Below are positions 18,152 through 27,455 of a DNA stretch of 64,000 bases, piece after piece. Origin of the DNA: Nitrospirota bacterium (GTDB lineage Bacteria; Nitrospirota; UBA9217); the NCBI GenBank assembly GCA_963790205.1, contig CAWBNQ010000003.1, positions 928,001-992,000 on the forward strand, read 5' to 3'. The translations under genes and the position numbers were made by a program. The notes beneath the pieces were generated by a model. It was not told the DNA's origin, did not search any database, and worked only from the letters and a program-made list of their open reading frames with translations. Position 1 is the first letter of the stretch, and every line of letters begins with the position of its first letter.

Positions 18152-18535
18152 ATGGGCTATCTGGAGGGCTTTAACTGGGACGCGATCAAGAAAGACCTGC
18201 AGCAGGGGCTGGAAAAAGGCATGGCGGCAGTGAAGCAAGGCGCCGTCGTGGTGCAGAAGAAAGCCGGGGAACTCACGGAAGAAGGAAAACGGCAGTACAA
18301 GGTATTAAGACTCAAAGCAAGGATCCACGAGGCGATTGCCGACCTCGGCGCAAAGACCTATGTGCTCATGAGCGGTGCCAAAGCCAAAAACCCCGCTCTC
18401 GATGCAGGGGTGAAGGAGATCATGGTCCGGATCCAGGACCTTGAAGCGCAGCTCGGGGTGCTCGAAGGCAAGAGCAGTGAGGGGCGCCCTAAAGCTCGCC
18501 CCAAGGCACGCACGAAAGCACATAAAAAGAAATGA
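18152..18535 (+). CDS. Hypothetical coiled-coil protein with basic tail
   Basis: RBS GGAGGT; helical amphipathic sequence. Confidence 0.7.
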   Translation: MGYLEGFNWDAIKKDLQQGLEKGMAAVKQGAVVVQKKAGELTEEGKRQYKVLRLKARIHEAIADLGAKTYVLMSGAKAKNPALDAGVKEIMVRIQDLEAQLGVLEGKSSEGRPKARPKARTKAHKKK

Positions 18536-18617
18536 AACAGAGAAAATATCCGCCCCAGAGTCCGCCACGGGTGCTTTTTTCCATTCGGGATCTTGGCTGA
18601 TGCCGGCTGGGACGGCC

Positions 18618-18893
18618 TCATATTTTCGGAACTTTCGTGTACGTCCTGCAGTCAGGATATCCCGAGCACCTGAAACGCAAAATCGTCCCTTCATCCTTGT
18701 ATAGATGCATGATGCTGCCGCAGGCCGGGCATAACGGCCTCTTCTCGACTTTCGTGCGACGGCCCTCGGTAAACTGCTTCCCGCATAGCAAGCAGAGATA
18801 GCGTTGCTTACCTGTCCGTGCAAACCCGTCGCGATATACGTTACTCGACTCACACGCCGGGCACTGTACGTTATTGATCGTGTCTTTAGGCAT
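18618..18893 (-). CDS. Double zinc-ribbon protein (IS1 InsA-like ribbon plus topoisomerase-C4-like ribbon)
   Basis: CPAC..GKQRYLCLLC and CPACG..M..FRCSGYPDC. Confidence 0.75.
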   Translation of the reverse strand: MPKDTINNVQCPACESSNVYRDGFARTGKQRYLCLLCGKQFTEGRRTKVEKRPLCPACGSIMHLYKDEGTILRFRCSGYPDCRTYTKVPKI

Positions 18894-19123
18894 TACTCAA
18901 GATTATAGTGGGCACTCTTCCTGAAAATTGCGCACGAATGTATCGCTGCCGACGGTGTGTCTGCAACAGAGAATAACGGTTGCCAGCCATGATGGTCGCA
19001 GTTCACTTTTACTGCAACCGATCTTTTACTCCCGGCTCGCCACGATAGGCGGAAATGCTTTCACTTTGGCATCTTTTTTCAGCTCATCCTGCATCTCCCG
19101 ACAGGACCGGCTAACTCCTTCCC

Positions 19124-19336
19124 CTAGGAATTACTTCGTAATATTTTTGCCAGGAATATCGGACATTGATCGTAGTTCTCGGTGCGGCAATACGCGGCGT
19201 CTTGTCGCTTGCTGGGCGCCAATGTCATGACGGACGCCGAGCAATTCAAGCTATGCTCGCTCCTGTAGGGACAAAGTGAGGTGCAATCGCCCGGCGATGG
19301 AACTTTAGTTGCAGTCATTGAGCGAGAAATGTACAT
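19124..19336 (-). CDS. Small Cys-rich protein
   Basis: RBS GAGAGG; five Cys ending YC..ENYDQCPIFL; directly below a repeat box. Confidence 0.65.
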   Translation of the reverse strand: MYISRSMTATKVPSPGDCTSLCPYRSEHSLNCSASVMTLAPSKRQDAAYCRTENYDQCPIFLAKILRSNS

Positions 19337-19374
19337 AGTTACCTCTCAAAGTTGCATGAAGCATACTTGATGAA

Positions 19375-19418
19375 TGTTACGTGAGTATTACAATGAACGT
19401 TAAATTCCGTTTAAAAAA
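19375..19418 (-). promoter_or_regulatory. Pho-box-like repeat (2 clear plus 2 degenerate units); -10 TATGCT at 19360-19365
   Basis: tgttacgtgag tattacaatga acgttaaattc cgtttaaaaaa. Confidence 0.65.
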
Positions 19419-19446
19419 AGTTGTAGGTAAGTAATGAAAGAGAAGA

Positions 19447-19475
19447 TAGACTTTGCATTAACACGCGACTACAAT
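19447..19475 (+). promoter_or_regulatory. Sigma70-like promoter of the DUF5132/HMA_2 cluster
   Basis: TAGACT-N17-TACAAT. Confidence 0.5.
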
Positions 19476-19501
19476 TGAGTACATAGAAAGGAGGTCACAC
19501 C

Positions 19502-19810
19502 ATGGCACTTTTGGACAATGGATTGAAAGGAAATCTTGCTACCGGTCTGGCGATCGGCATCGGTGCCGCAATACTGGCACCCGTAGTCATTCCTCTGTTT
19601 GCCAATATCGCGAAGCCGTTGGCAAAAGCCGCAATCAAAGGAGGCATGCAGCTGTATGAACGCGGAAAGGAAACATTTGCAGAGGTCGCTGAAATTACGG
19701 AAGATATTGTGGCTGAAGCAAAAGCGGAATTAGCTGAGTCGACAGCGGCAGCGGCGGCAGTTGCGGCAGCACCGGCTGCAGACTCCGAAGGCGGGTCAGT
19801 CACGTCATGA
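19502..19810 (+). CDS. DUF5132-like protein
   Basis: GLAIGIGAAILAP..KPLAKAAIKGG..YE....AE..EDIVAEAKAE; RBS AAGGAGG. Confidence 0.75.
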   Translation: MALLDNGLKGNLATGLAIGIGAAILAPVVIPLFANIAKPLAKAAIKGGMQLYERGKETFAEVAEITEDIVAEAKAELAESTAAAAAVAAAPAADSEGGSVTS

Positions 19811-20292
19811 TCCCGCCCGCTGTCATTGCCCATGCTTCAGCCGGGAGATTACGGATCCGGATCTCCTCACAAAAAGGGAACCTTGCAGCACTTAAGTCCG
19901 GGGGAGATCAGCTTGCCGCGTGTCCGGGGATTCTCTCCATTGAGGTGAACCCGGGTACGGGGAGCATACTTGTACTTCACCAAACGACGGTGCAAGTGAT
20001 TGCGGAGTATGCGCGGTCCAGGAGCCTTTTTTCGTTGGAGGACCAAAGGATATCAAGGGTGCCGTCTGCGGAGCTTCGCCGGGACCTTGGCGGTACGTTC
20101 AAGAGCATTGATCGGCAGATACAGAACCTCACGGGTGGAGATTTGGACCTAGGCGGGTTTGCAGTCGGAGCCTTGGTTATAGCGGGTAGTTTGCAAATCT
20201 TGTCAGGGACTGCAGGCCCAATACCGTGGTCAGCAGCGTACTGGTACGCATACAATCTCTACTCAAAAACAAAGGATGGGGAGAAAAAATGA
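19807..20292 (+). CDS. HMA_2 (CoBaHMA-type) domain protein with C-terminal TM region
   Basis: IAHASAGRLRIR, VNPGTGSILV, DL....GAL..G..Q......PW...WYA. Confidence 0.78.
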   Translation: MIPPAVIAHASAGRLRIRISSQKGNLAALKSGGDQLAACPGILSIEVNPGTGSILVLHQTTVQVIAEYARSRSLFSLEDQRISRVPSAELRRDLGGTFKSIDRQIQNLTGGDLDLGGFAVGALVIAGSLQILSGTAGPIPWSAAYWYAYNLYSKTKDGEKK

Positions 20293-20582
20293 CATAAGCA
20301 GCACCGAGGGAAGTAGGAACCCTTCCAGTCCGTGTCCGCCTTGTCAGCAACAAAAGTTTCTCGTTATAGAAAAAATCTGAATTTCTGAAAAACCCGTTTC
20401 CAGCATTATCACAACAAAAAAGTACGATAACGCTTTTGGGAACCTTGACAGGAGTAATGCTTATGAGCGACCGCAAACAAAAGGCACCGACGAAGAAGAC
20501 CGTGAAGCGCAGCTCGCGCGACTCGTCGTCGGAATCGGATCTGAAAATCACAACTACGAGGACTACAAAAGGAGGAGCAGAC

Positions 20583-21191
20583 ATGACAAACGCAGAAACC
20601 ATAGGTGGGGAAACGTCAGCCCAAGACATCGGCAAAGCAGGATCTGCCGTGAAAGAGGGCGTCGTGAGCAGTCTCAAAGGGATCAACGAGATCGAAGCGG
20701 AGATCGTCAGCCTCGTCAGGAACACCGTATCCAACACGCTTCGCGCAACAGGCTCAGTGGCCGATGAAGCAGTCGGCATCACGAAGGATGTGGTCAAGGG
20801 AGCCATTCAGGCCACGGAAGAGGTCGGCACCGGCCTCATTTTGAGCACCAAGAGCGTGGCAAAAGGGGTGGTCATGGGCGTGAGCGATGTTGGCGGCGAC
20901 ATTATTTCCGTGGCAGGCCAGACCGTCAAGGGCGCAGTCAAGGGTGCGGCCGAGGTCGGCGCGGATGTCGCCATGGTTGCCCGGCGGGCCGTGGACGGCG
21001 TGATCGAGGCCACCAAGGAAGTCGGGGGGAATGCCGAAGAGGTGGCGAAAGTCGCCGTCACTGGCGCAATTGAGGCGGCATCTGTAATCGGCAACACGGC
21101 GGTCAAGGCGGTCAAGGACATGCTGGTTGGAGTTGTTGAAGGAGTCAAAGAGGTCGCGAGCAGCGCGTTGCCGAAGACGAAAACGACTTAA
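20583..21191 (+). CDS. Gly/Ala/Val-rich 22-residue amphipathic repeat protein
   Basis: Start MTNAET after GGAGG; repeats such as TKDVVKGAIQATEEVGTGLILS / TKSVAKGVVMGVSDVGGDIISV. Confidence 0.8.
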   Translation: MTNAETIGGETSAQDIGKAGSAVKEGVVSSLKGINEIEAEIVSLVRNTVSNTLRATGSVADEAVGITKDVVKGAIQATEEVGTGLILSTKSVAKGVVMGVSDVGGDIISVAGQTVKGAVKGAAEVGADVAMVARRAVDGVIEATKEVGGNAEEVAKVAVTGAIEAASVIGNTAVKAVKDMLVGVVEGVKEVASSALPKTKTT

Positions 21192-21246
21192 TCCGTCATC
21201 GCCTGGCTTGTGACCAGCTTCCATTTCAGAAGGGGAGGTATCGTAC

Positions 21247-24200
21247 GTGGTCCAGGCCGTTCATACGTCGGTAAAAGGACGGGCCCGTTATAAGGTAGAG
21301 GGTCTGTACCGCTCGGAGCAGTTGAAACAGCAGATCGAGCAGAATCTTGCGCAGCACAAGTGGATCCTGAGCGTTTCGATCAATACCCTCACGGGAAGCG
21401 TTCTCGTGCTGTTCGATTCGCAGAACGGCAACCATGCATCGGCTGTAGCCTCCCTGCTGAATGCCGCGGTGGAACGTACCAACGGCGGGCCGGTCCAAGG
21501 AAAGGGAGACCCTTTCCCTTCTGTGTCGCAGGGGGAAGGAACGGTTATGGTACGCACCGTGCGCACCGTCGCCTCTCCTCTCCCCACTCCCGCTGGCAAG
21601 GAAGTGCCGAGCCTCCGGACCGTTCGCAAGCAAGTTTCCCGTGCCGATGACCAGCAGGGAGAAGCATGGCATTGCATGTCAAAGGGAGATGTGCTTCAGA
21701 GATGGGGTACGTCAGCGTCCAACGGTTTATCCGAAGAAGCAGCCCGCCTCTTGTTCATTCAGTATGGTCCCAACCTTCTGCCTGAGTCCGTTCCCCGCTC
21801 CGGCTGGAGCATGTTCTTCGATCAGTTCAAGTCCCTTCCCGTAGCCCTCCTCGGCGTTGCGGCCGGCATTTCCGTTGCTACCGGCGGATTTGCGGATGCC
21901 GTCGTGATCATGGGGGTCGTCGTCACCAACGCCTCAATAGGATATTATACCGAGAGCCAGTCGGAAAAGATCATCCACGGATTGAAGAGCCTCGTGCAGC
22001 CGACCTCAACCGTGATCCGCGACGGGGTCATGACGACCATCGATGCCAAGGTGGTCGTGCCCGGAGATCTAATCGTGCTGAGACCGGGAAGCTATGTCGC
22101 GGCGGACGCCCGTCTCATCGAGGCAAAATATCTGAGCATCGATGAATCGGCGCTCACCGGCGAGAGCATGCCGGCGATGAAAACCACCGATGAACTGCAG
22201 GTACCGGACATCCTCCTTGCCGACCGCACTAACATGGTCTATATGGGCACCCTGGTCACCGGGGGACAGGGCCTCGCCGTCGCGGTGGCGACAGGACGCT
22301 TTACCGAGGTCGGAAAGATCCAGACCATGGTGGGAGAGGCGCGGCCGCCCGAGACGCCCCTGGAACGGCAGATGGACCACCTGGGGGTCCAGTTGGTTTA
22401 TATCACCTGCGCCGTATGCGGCATCGTGTTCATCGTAGGCATCCTCCGCGGTTATGGTTTTCTCCAGATGCTGAAGACCTCCATTGCCCTTGCCGTAGCC
22501 GCCGTGCCCGAGGGGCTTCCGACCGTTACGACGACGACCCTCGCGCTCGGCATCAAGCGCATGCGCGGTCTGAACGTGCTCATCCGCCACCTTGACGCGG
22601 TCGAAACGCTCGGGTCGGTCGAAACCATCTGTCTTGACAAGACCGGCACGATCACTATGAACAAGATGTCGGTGGTCCAGATGCATGCCGGCATGCGCCG
22701 TCTCGATGTTGTCGATGGCAGGATCTTGGCGGAAGGAAAAAATATAAACCCCTATACGAGCGAGGACGTCCTCCGTCTGCTCCATTTGTCCGTGCTCTGT
22801 AATGAATCGATGGTATCGGGACAGGAAGGCGACTACGTTGTGGAAGGGTCATCAACGGAAAACGCCCTGGTGAACCTCGCGCTCACCGCCGGCGTGGATG
22901 TCAATTCGCTTCGCGCGCAGCACCCCATCGTGAAGATGAACCACCGATCGGAAGACCGGCATTATATGAACACCGTACACCGCTCGAACGACCAACAGCG
23001 GCTAATGGCTCTCAAGGGGAGTCCTTCCGATGTGCTGTCACTCTGCAAATGGTACGTCAACGACGGCCGGCAACTGGAGCTTGACGACGATGCCCGCGCG
23101 GTCTTCTACGCAGAAAATGAACGGATGGCCGGTGAAGCGCTCCGCGTGCTGGCCATGGCGTACGCCGTGACCAACGGGGACACCCTGCACAGCGACGGGA
23201 TCATTCAGCAGGGACTCGTCTGGGTCGGCCTCGTCGGCATGGCGGATGTGGTCAGGAGCGGCGTCAAGAATCTCATCAACACGTTCCACCGGGCCGGGAT
23301 CGATACCGTTATGATCACCGGTGACCAGAGCCCCACTGCCTATGCGATCGGCAAGGAGCTCAATCTGAGCAAGGGCGAGGAACTGGAGATCCTGGACTCC
23401 GCCAACCTTAGCCGGCTTGAGCCCGAGGTCATGAAGGCGCTTGCCGGGCGTGTCCATGTCTTCGCCCGCGTGAGCCCGGCCAACAAGCTCCAGATCGTCC
23501 AGGCGCTCCAGTCCGCAGGAAAGGTCATCGGTATGACCGGCGACGGCATCAACGATGGACCGGCGCTCAAAGCTGCCGATATCGGGATCGCCCTGGGACA
23601 CACGGGGACCGACGTGGCGCGGGAGGTAGCGGACGTGGTCCTGGAAGACGACAACCTCGAGACCATGATCGTGGCCATCAGTCAGGGGCGGACGATCTAC
23701 AATAATTTACGAAAATCGGTCCGCTACATGCTTTCGAAGAACACGAGCGAGATCATGATCATGTTCACGGCTCTTGCCGCCGGCATGGGGCAGCCGTTCA
23801 ACGTCATGCAGCTTCTCTGGATCAACATGATCTCGGACATCTTCCCGGGCCTTGCCCTTGCCCAGGAACCGCCCGAGCCGGATGTGCTCCTGCGGCCTCC
23901 CCGCGACCCCGAGGAACCGCTCATCAAGACCGCGGACTTTAAAAGGCTCCTCTTCGAGGCTTCCACTATCTCGGCGGGGACGCTGGCGGCGTACGGCTAC
24001 GGCGTTCTGCGCTACGGGCAGGGGCCCCAGGCCAGCACCATGGCTTTCACGAACTTTGTTACAGCAGGACTCCTGCATGCCATCAGCCATCGTTCCGAGA
24101 CCCACAGCATCTTTGACGCTGACCGGCTCGCACCGAACAACTATCTCACCGTGGCTCTGGCAGGCTCGTTGGGGTTGCAATCTCTTACCCTGGTCGTCCC

Positions 24201-24393
24201 GGGCCTCCGGAGCTTCCTGGGAATGAGCCCGCTGAACCCCTTCGACCTGGCAGTTTCGATCGGGACCGCTGTCGCTCCTTTGCTCATCAACGAGGCGACA
24301 AAAAAGATTGCTGCTCCGCCGTTGGTGCTGAATGGCAGTTCATCGGCCCCGATTTCGATATTGAACGGTAATCACGTTGCTGCAGTCACTTGA
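21247..24393 (+). CDS. P2A-type (Ca/Mn) P-type ATPase with N-terminal HMA_2-like domain
   Basis: VHTSVKGRARYK; TGES, VPEGL, DKTGT, TGD, GDGIND, N..E (TM5), INMISD (TM6). Confidence 0.93.
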   Translation: MVQAVHTSVKGRARYKVEGLYRSEQLKQQIEQNLAQHKWILSVSINTLTGSVLVLFDSQNGNHASAVASLLNAAVERTNGGPVQGKGDPFPSVSQGEGTVMVRTVRTVASPLPTPAGKEVPSLRTVRKQVSRADDQQGEAWHCMSKGDVLQRWGTSASNGLSEEAARLLFIQYGPNLLPESVPRSGWSMFFDQFKSLPVALLGVAAGISVATGGFADAVVIMGVVVTNASIGYYTESQSEKIIHGLKSLVQPTSTVIRDGVMTTIDAKVVVPGDLIVLRPGSYVAADARLIEAKYLSIDESALTGESMPAMKTTDELQVPDILLADRTNMVYMGTLVTGGQGLAVAVATGRFTEVGKIQTMVGEARPPETPLERQMDHLGVQLVYITCAVCGIVFIVGILRGYGFLQMLKTSIALAVAAVPEGLPTVTTTTLALGIKRMRGLNVLIRHLDAVETLGSVETICLDKTGTITMNKMSVVQMHAGMRRLDVVDGRILAEGKNINPYTSEDVLRLLHLSVLCNESMVSGQEGDYVVEGSSTENALVNLALTAGVDVNSLRAQHPIVKMNHRSEDRHYMNTVHRSNDQQRLMALKGSPSDVLSLCKWYVNDGRQLELDDDARAVFYAENERMAGEALRVLAMAYAVTNGDTLHSDGIIQQGLVWVGLVGMADVVRSGVKNLINTFHRAGIDTVMITGDQSPTAYAIGKELNLSKGEELEILDSANLSRLEPEVMKALAGRVHVFARVSPANKLQIVQALQSAGKVIGMTGDGINDGPALKAADIGIALGHTGTDVAREVADVVLEDDNLETMIVAISQGRTIYNNLRKSVRYMLSKNTSEIMIMFTALAAGMGQPFNVMQLLWINMISDIFPGLALAQEPPEPDVLLRPPRDPEEPLIKTADFKRLLFEASTISAGTLAAYGYGVLRYGQGPQASTMAFTNFVTAGLLHAISHRSETHSIFDADRLAPNNYLTVALAGSLGLQSLTLVVPGLRSFLGMSPLNPFDLAVSIGTAVAPLLINEATKKIAAPPLVLNGSSSAPISILNGNHVAAVT

Positions 24394-24420
24394 ACAGACA
24401 CCGTGCATGGAGAAGATTAA

Positions 24421-25620
24421 ATGAAAAAAGACTTCATGTTCACCTCGGAATCGGTGACCGAAGGCCATCCTGACAAGCTCTGCGATATCATCAGCGATGC
24501 CATCGTCGATCATGTCCTGCAGAAGGACCCGTATGCGAATATCATAGCCGAGTGCGCCGTTTCCACTGCCATTGTCTTCATCGCAGCGCGGTTCGCGACC
24601 TCGGCCAGGGTCGATTATGCCAATGTCGCCCGGCAGGTCATCAGCCAGGTCGACTATGAGGAGCGGGCCTTTAATGCAAAGACCTGCAGCGTCATAACCA
24701 GCCTCACCGAGGTACCGTTGGACGGCCGTCCGCTGGTTGATGAACGGACCCTGAGCGAGGAGGAGATCGAACGCATTCCCGTGCGGAACCTGGTGACGGT
24801 GTTCGGGTTCGCCTGCGATCAGACCGCGGCCTTTATGCCGCTTCCCGTCTGGCTCGCCCACCGTCTTGCAAGGAAACTCGTGGCCGTGCGGCTCCAGAAA
24901 ACGCTCGATTATCTTGCGCCCGACGGCAAGACCCAGGTCGGCATAGAATATTGTGACGGCAGACCGTCGCGTGTTCACAGCATCACCATTATTGCAAGCC
25001 AGAAGCGGACCGCAGCCAAAGGCGGGCCCGATGCCCAACGGCTCCAGGCCGATATCCGGGAGACAGTGCTGAACCCTGTTTTTCAGGACGAGGAGATCAA
25101 ACCGGATGCGCACACCCGGATCTTCGTCAATCCCGACGGACCTTTCATCGGCGGCGGTCCTGCCGTACACTCAGGGTTGACCGGGAGAAAGAACGCAATC
25201 GATACTTACGGCGAATACTCCCGCCATAGCGGGGCAGCCCTGAGCGGGAAAGATCCTTCGAGGATAGACCGGATCGGCGCCTATGCTGCCCGGTATGCTG
25301 CAAAGAATATCATCGCAGCCGGACTTGCAACCTCCTGCGAGGTGCAGCTCAGCTATTCCATTGGATTTTCGCGGCCGGTGAGCATCCAGATAGAGACCTT
25401 CGGGACCGGCAAAGTATCTGATGAAAGAATTGCCGATATCATAGAAAATAATTTCGACTTTCGGCCGGCCGGTATCATACGCCATTTCAACCTTCGATGT
25501 CTCCCTTCTCAGATCAAAGGCGGTTTTTATCGCAAACTAGCGGCGTACGGTCATGTCGGAAGAATGGACATCGGCTTGCCCTGGGAATTGACAGACAAGG
25601 CGCATCTCCTGAAAGGGTGA
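24421..25620 (+). CDS. metK: Divergent S-adenosylmethionine synthetase paralog
   Basis: FTSESVTEGHPDK, DGKTQ, GLTGRK, SGKDP, YGH..PWE; GAGDQG signature absent. Confidence 0.85.
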   Translation: MKKDFMFTSESVTEGHPDKLCDIISDAIVDHVLQKDPYANIIAECAVSTAIVFIAARFATSARVDYANVARQVISQVDYEERAFNAKTCSVITSLTEVPLDGRPLVDERTLSEEEIERIPVRNLVTVFGFACDQTAAFMPLPVWLAHRLARKLVAVRLQKTLDYLAPDGKTQVGIEYCDGRPSRVHSITIIASQKRTAAKGGPDAQRLQADIRETVLNPVFQDEEIKPDAHTRIFVNPDGPFIGGGPAVHSGLTGRKNAIDTYGEYSRHSGAALSGKDPSRIDRIGAYAARYAAKNIIAAGLATSCEVQLSYSIGFSRPVSIQIETFGTGKVSDERIADIIENNFDFRPAGIIRHFNLRCLPSQIKGGFYRKLAAYGHVGRMDIGLPWELTDKAHLLKG

Positions 25621-25647
25621 GAAAGGCAACGGAAGGGTCGGCGAACC

Positions 25648-26556
25648 ATGCATGAGACAGAGGAAAAGCACGTAAAAGGCCAGACGCTCGTTCTTGTTGT
25701 AACAATAGCCTATTTTTTCGTTGAATTGATCGGGGGGTTCTATTATCACAGCATCGCCCTCGTGACTGATGCGTCGTTCATGGCCGTCAATATCTCGGGG
25801 CAGGTCATCGCACTATGGGTGACCAGGCTTGCCCGCAGACAGCCGGACAAGGTCAATACCTTCGGGTACGAGCGCGCGAAAGTGCTGTCTGGCCTGTTCA
25901 ACGGGGTCCTGGTCGGCTTCATCCTGTTCTATGTTTTCACGGAAGCTTTCCAGAAGATTCTGCACCCTCAGCCCATTGAAGCGGATAAGGTTCTGGTGAT
26001 AGCCGTCCTGGGCCTCGCTGCGAACGCCTTCGGTCTCGTACAACTGTACCGGTACGCAAAGGACGTGAACATCAGAGGGGCGCTGCTCCTGCTCCTGAAT
26101 GATACCCTGGGTTCGGTCGGTGTCATTGGTTCTGCCATCATCATACGTTATACCCATCTTTATTTTGTGGACCCGCTTGCCGGCATCCTGATCGGCTGCC
26201 TTGCCGCGTATCCGACTTATTTTTTGATCAGGGACAGCATAAAGATCCTGATGGAGGGGACTCCTGCCAGAATCGATGTCGATGACGTCGCAGGATTTCT
26301 GCATCAATCGTTCCCCCAAATACATCTTGTCAAGGATATGCATATCTGGGGTCTTTCACCGGAGAAGGTTATCCTCGTGGCAAGAATCAGGACGAATGGA
26401 GCGGGATATGACCGGGATACCATAAAACTGATGAAGAACATGCTGCGGGAAAAATTCGGCTTATTTGACATTTACCTAGAGGGATACGAAACGCGGCAAC
26501 ACGAAGCAGCAACGGTGGCGCACGATGTGCTCACACCGAACTATCAAAAGGACTGA
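25648..26556 (+). CDS. Cation diffusion facilitator (CzcD-like), atypical metal site
   Basis: VE..GG...SIAL.TDA, TFGYERA, DP, LMEGTP, DMHIW. Confidence 0.88.
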   Translation: MHETEEKHVKGQTLVLVVTIAYFFVELIGGFYYHSIALVTDASFMAVNISGQVIALWVTRLARRQPDKVNTFGYERAKVLSGLFNGVLVGFILFYVFTEAFQKILHPQPIEADKVLVIAVLGLAANAFGLVQLYRYAKDVNIRGALLLLLNDTLGSVGVIGSAIIIRYTHLYFVDPLAGILIGCLAAYPTYFLIRDSIKILMEGTPARIDVDDVAGFLHQSFPQIHLVKDMHIWGLSPEKVILVARIRTNGAGYDRDTIKLMKNMLREKFGLFDIYLEGYETRQHEAATVAHDVLTPNYQKD

Positions 26557-26612
26557 AGTCAATTATAGTCCTATTTGAGAGAAGCCCCGGATTAGGAAGG
26601 GGGGAGCTAAAA

Positions 26613-26873
26613 ATGAACAAACGCACTCTGCAGGACATTGAGACGGGACCACGTCATCACGAGGTCGCGGTCGAAAACCTTGCGCAAAGCCTGAACCGGC
26701 CAAAAGAGCGTATAACGACCCTTTACCAGATAGTGTTGAGACACTATTCACGGACGGCACGGATCAAATTCTTTCTCTCTGCCCTCGTTTCGAAGCGGGT
26801 CAAAGACCTGCTGCGGGATAATACAACGACGGCTGATATAGAAAGCCGGAGGGGCCATTCGCGGGAGTTGTGA
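26613..26873 (+). CDS. DUF3562-like small helical protein
   Basis: VENLA......I..LY.......ARIK.FL..LV.KRVKD; RBS GGGGAG. Confidence 0.6.
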   Translation: MNKRTLQDIETGPRHHEVAVENLAQSLNRPKERITTLYQIVLRHYSRTARIKFFLSALVSKRVKDLLRDNTTTADIESRRGHSREL

Positions 26874-26946
26874 ACAGAATTGCTTCCTGTTGCGGTTCTA
26901 TTATTTGAGATTATATCGGGGTTTGCAGATCCACAAGGAGAAGCCA

Positions 26947-27249
26947 ATGCAGGGATGCGGTACGCGCGAGTACAGGAATATCAGTAAAACGAGGATCGAT
27001 AAACTGCTTACTGAGGCAGTCTCGCAGGGGGCCGTTATAACGGGATCTAACCCATGGGACATCGAAACGCGTCTGCACGGAATAGTATTACGAGGAAGGT
27101 GGGATGAGACCGAAAAGACCTTGGCAATCAGCGTAGTAGATGTTAAGTGGTATGTACCGTGCGAGACCGTATGGAGCAATATCGACGTCATGCTGCATGA
27201 TTTCATCGAGCAAAAGAAGAATATGGAAGGCGTAATGGATTTTGGATGA
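26947..27249 (+). CDS. Hypothetical protein
   Basis: MQGCGTREY... after RBS AAGGAG. Confidence 0.65.
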   Translation: MQGCGTREYRNISKTRIDKLLTEAVSQGAVITGSNPWDIETRLHGIVLRGRWDETEKTLAISVVDVKWYVPCETVWSNIDVMLHDFIEQKKNMEGVMDFG

Positions 27250-27455
27250 CCGACGATTGGTCCCGGCGAATCAAAATTTACTCAAAAGGGAAACAAAATT
27301 CAGACGCGATGGCCTAAAAAATGAACCGGCCACTTGGGGATTCCTCTAAGGCACTAGGAAACATGAAGAATGATGAAATCAACTCGATAAAAGAGAACGG
27401 AGCAGCGCAGATTTGACGCATGCAGGAAAAGAGGATAGACGGAGGGGACGTTGTA

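Noticed and set aside
19502..27249. Magnetosome island or canonical fez cluster
   Set aside because: No recognisable mamA/K/E/Q-type genes, and the ATPase is P2A rather than P1B-6.
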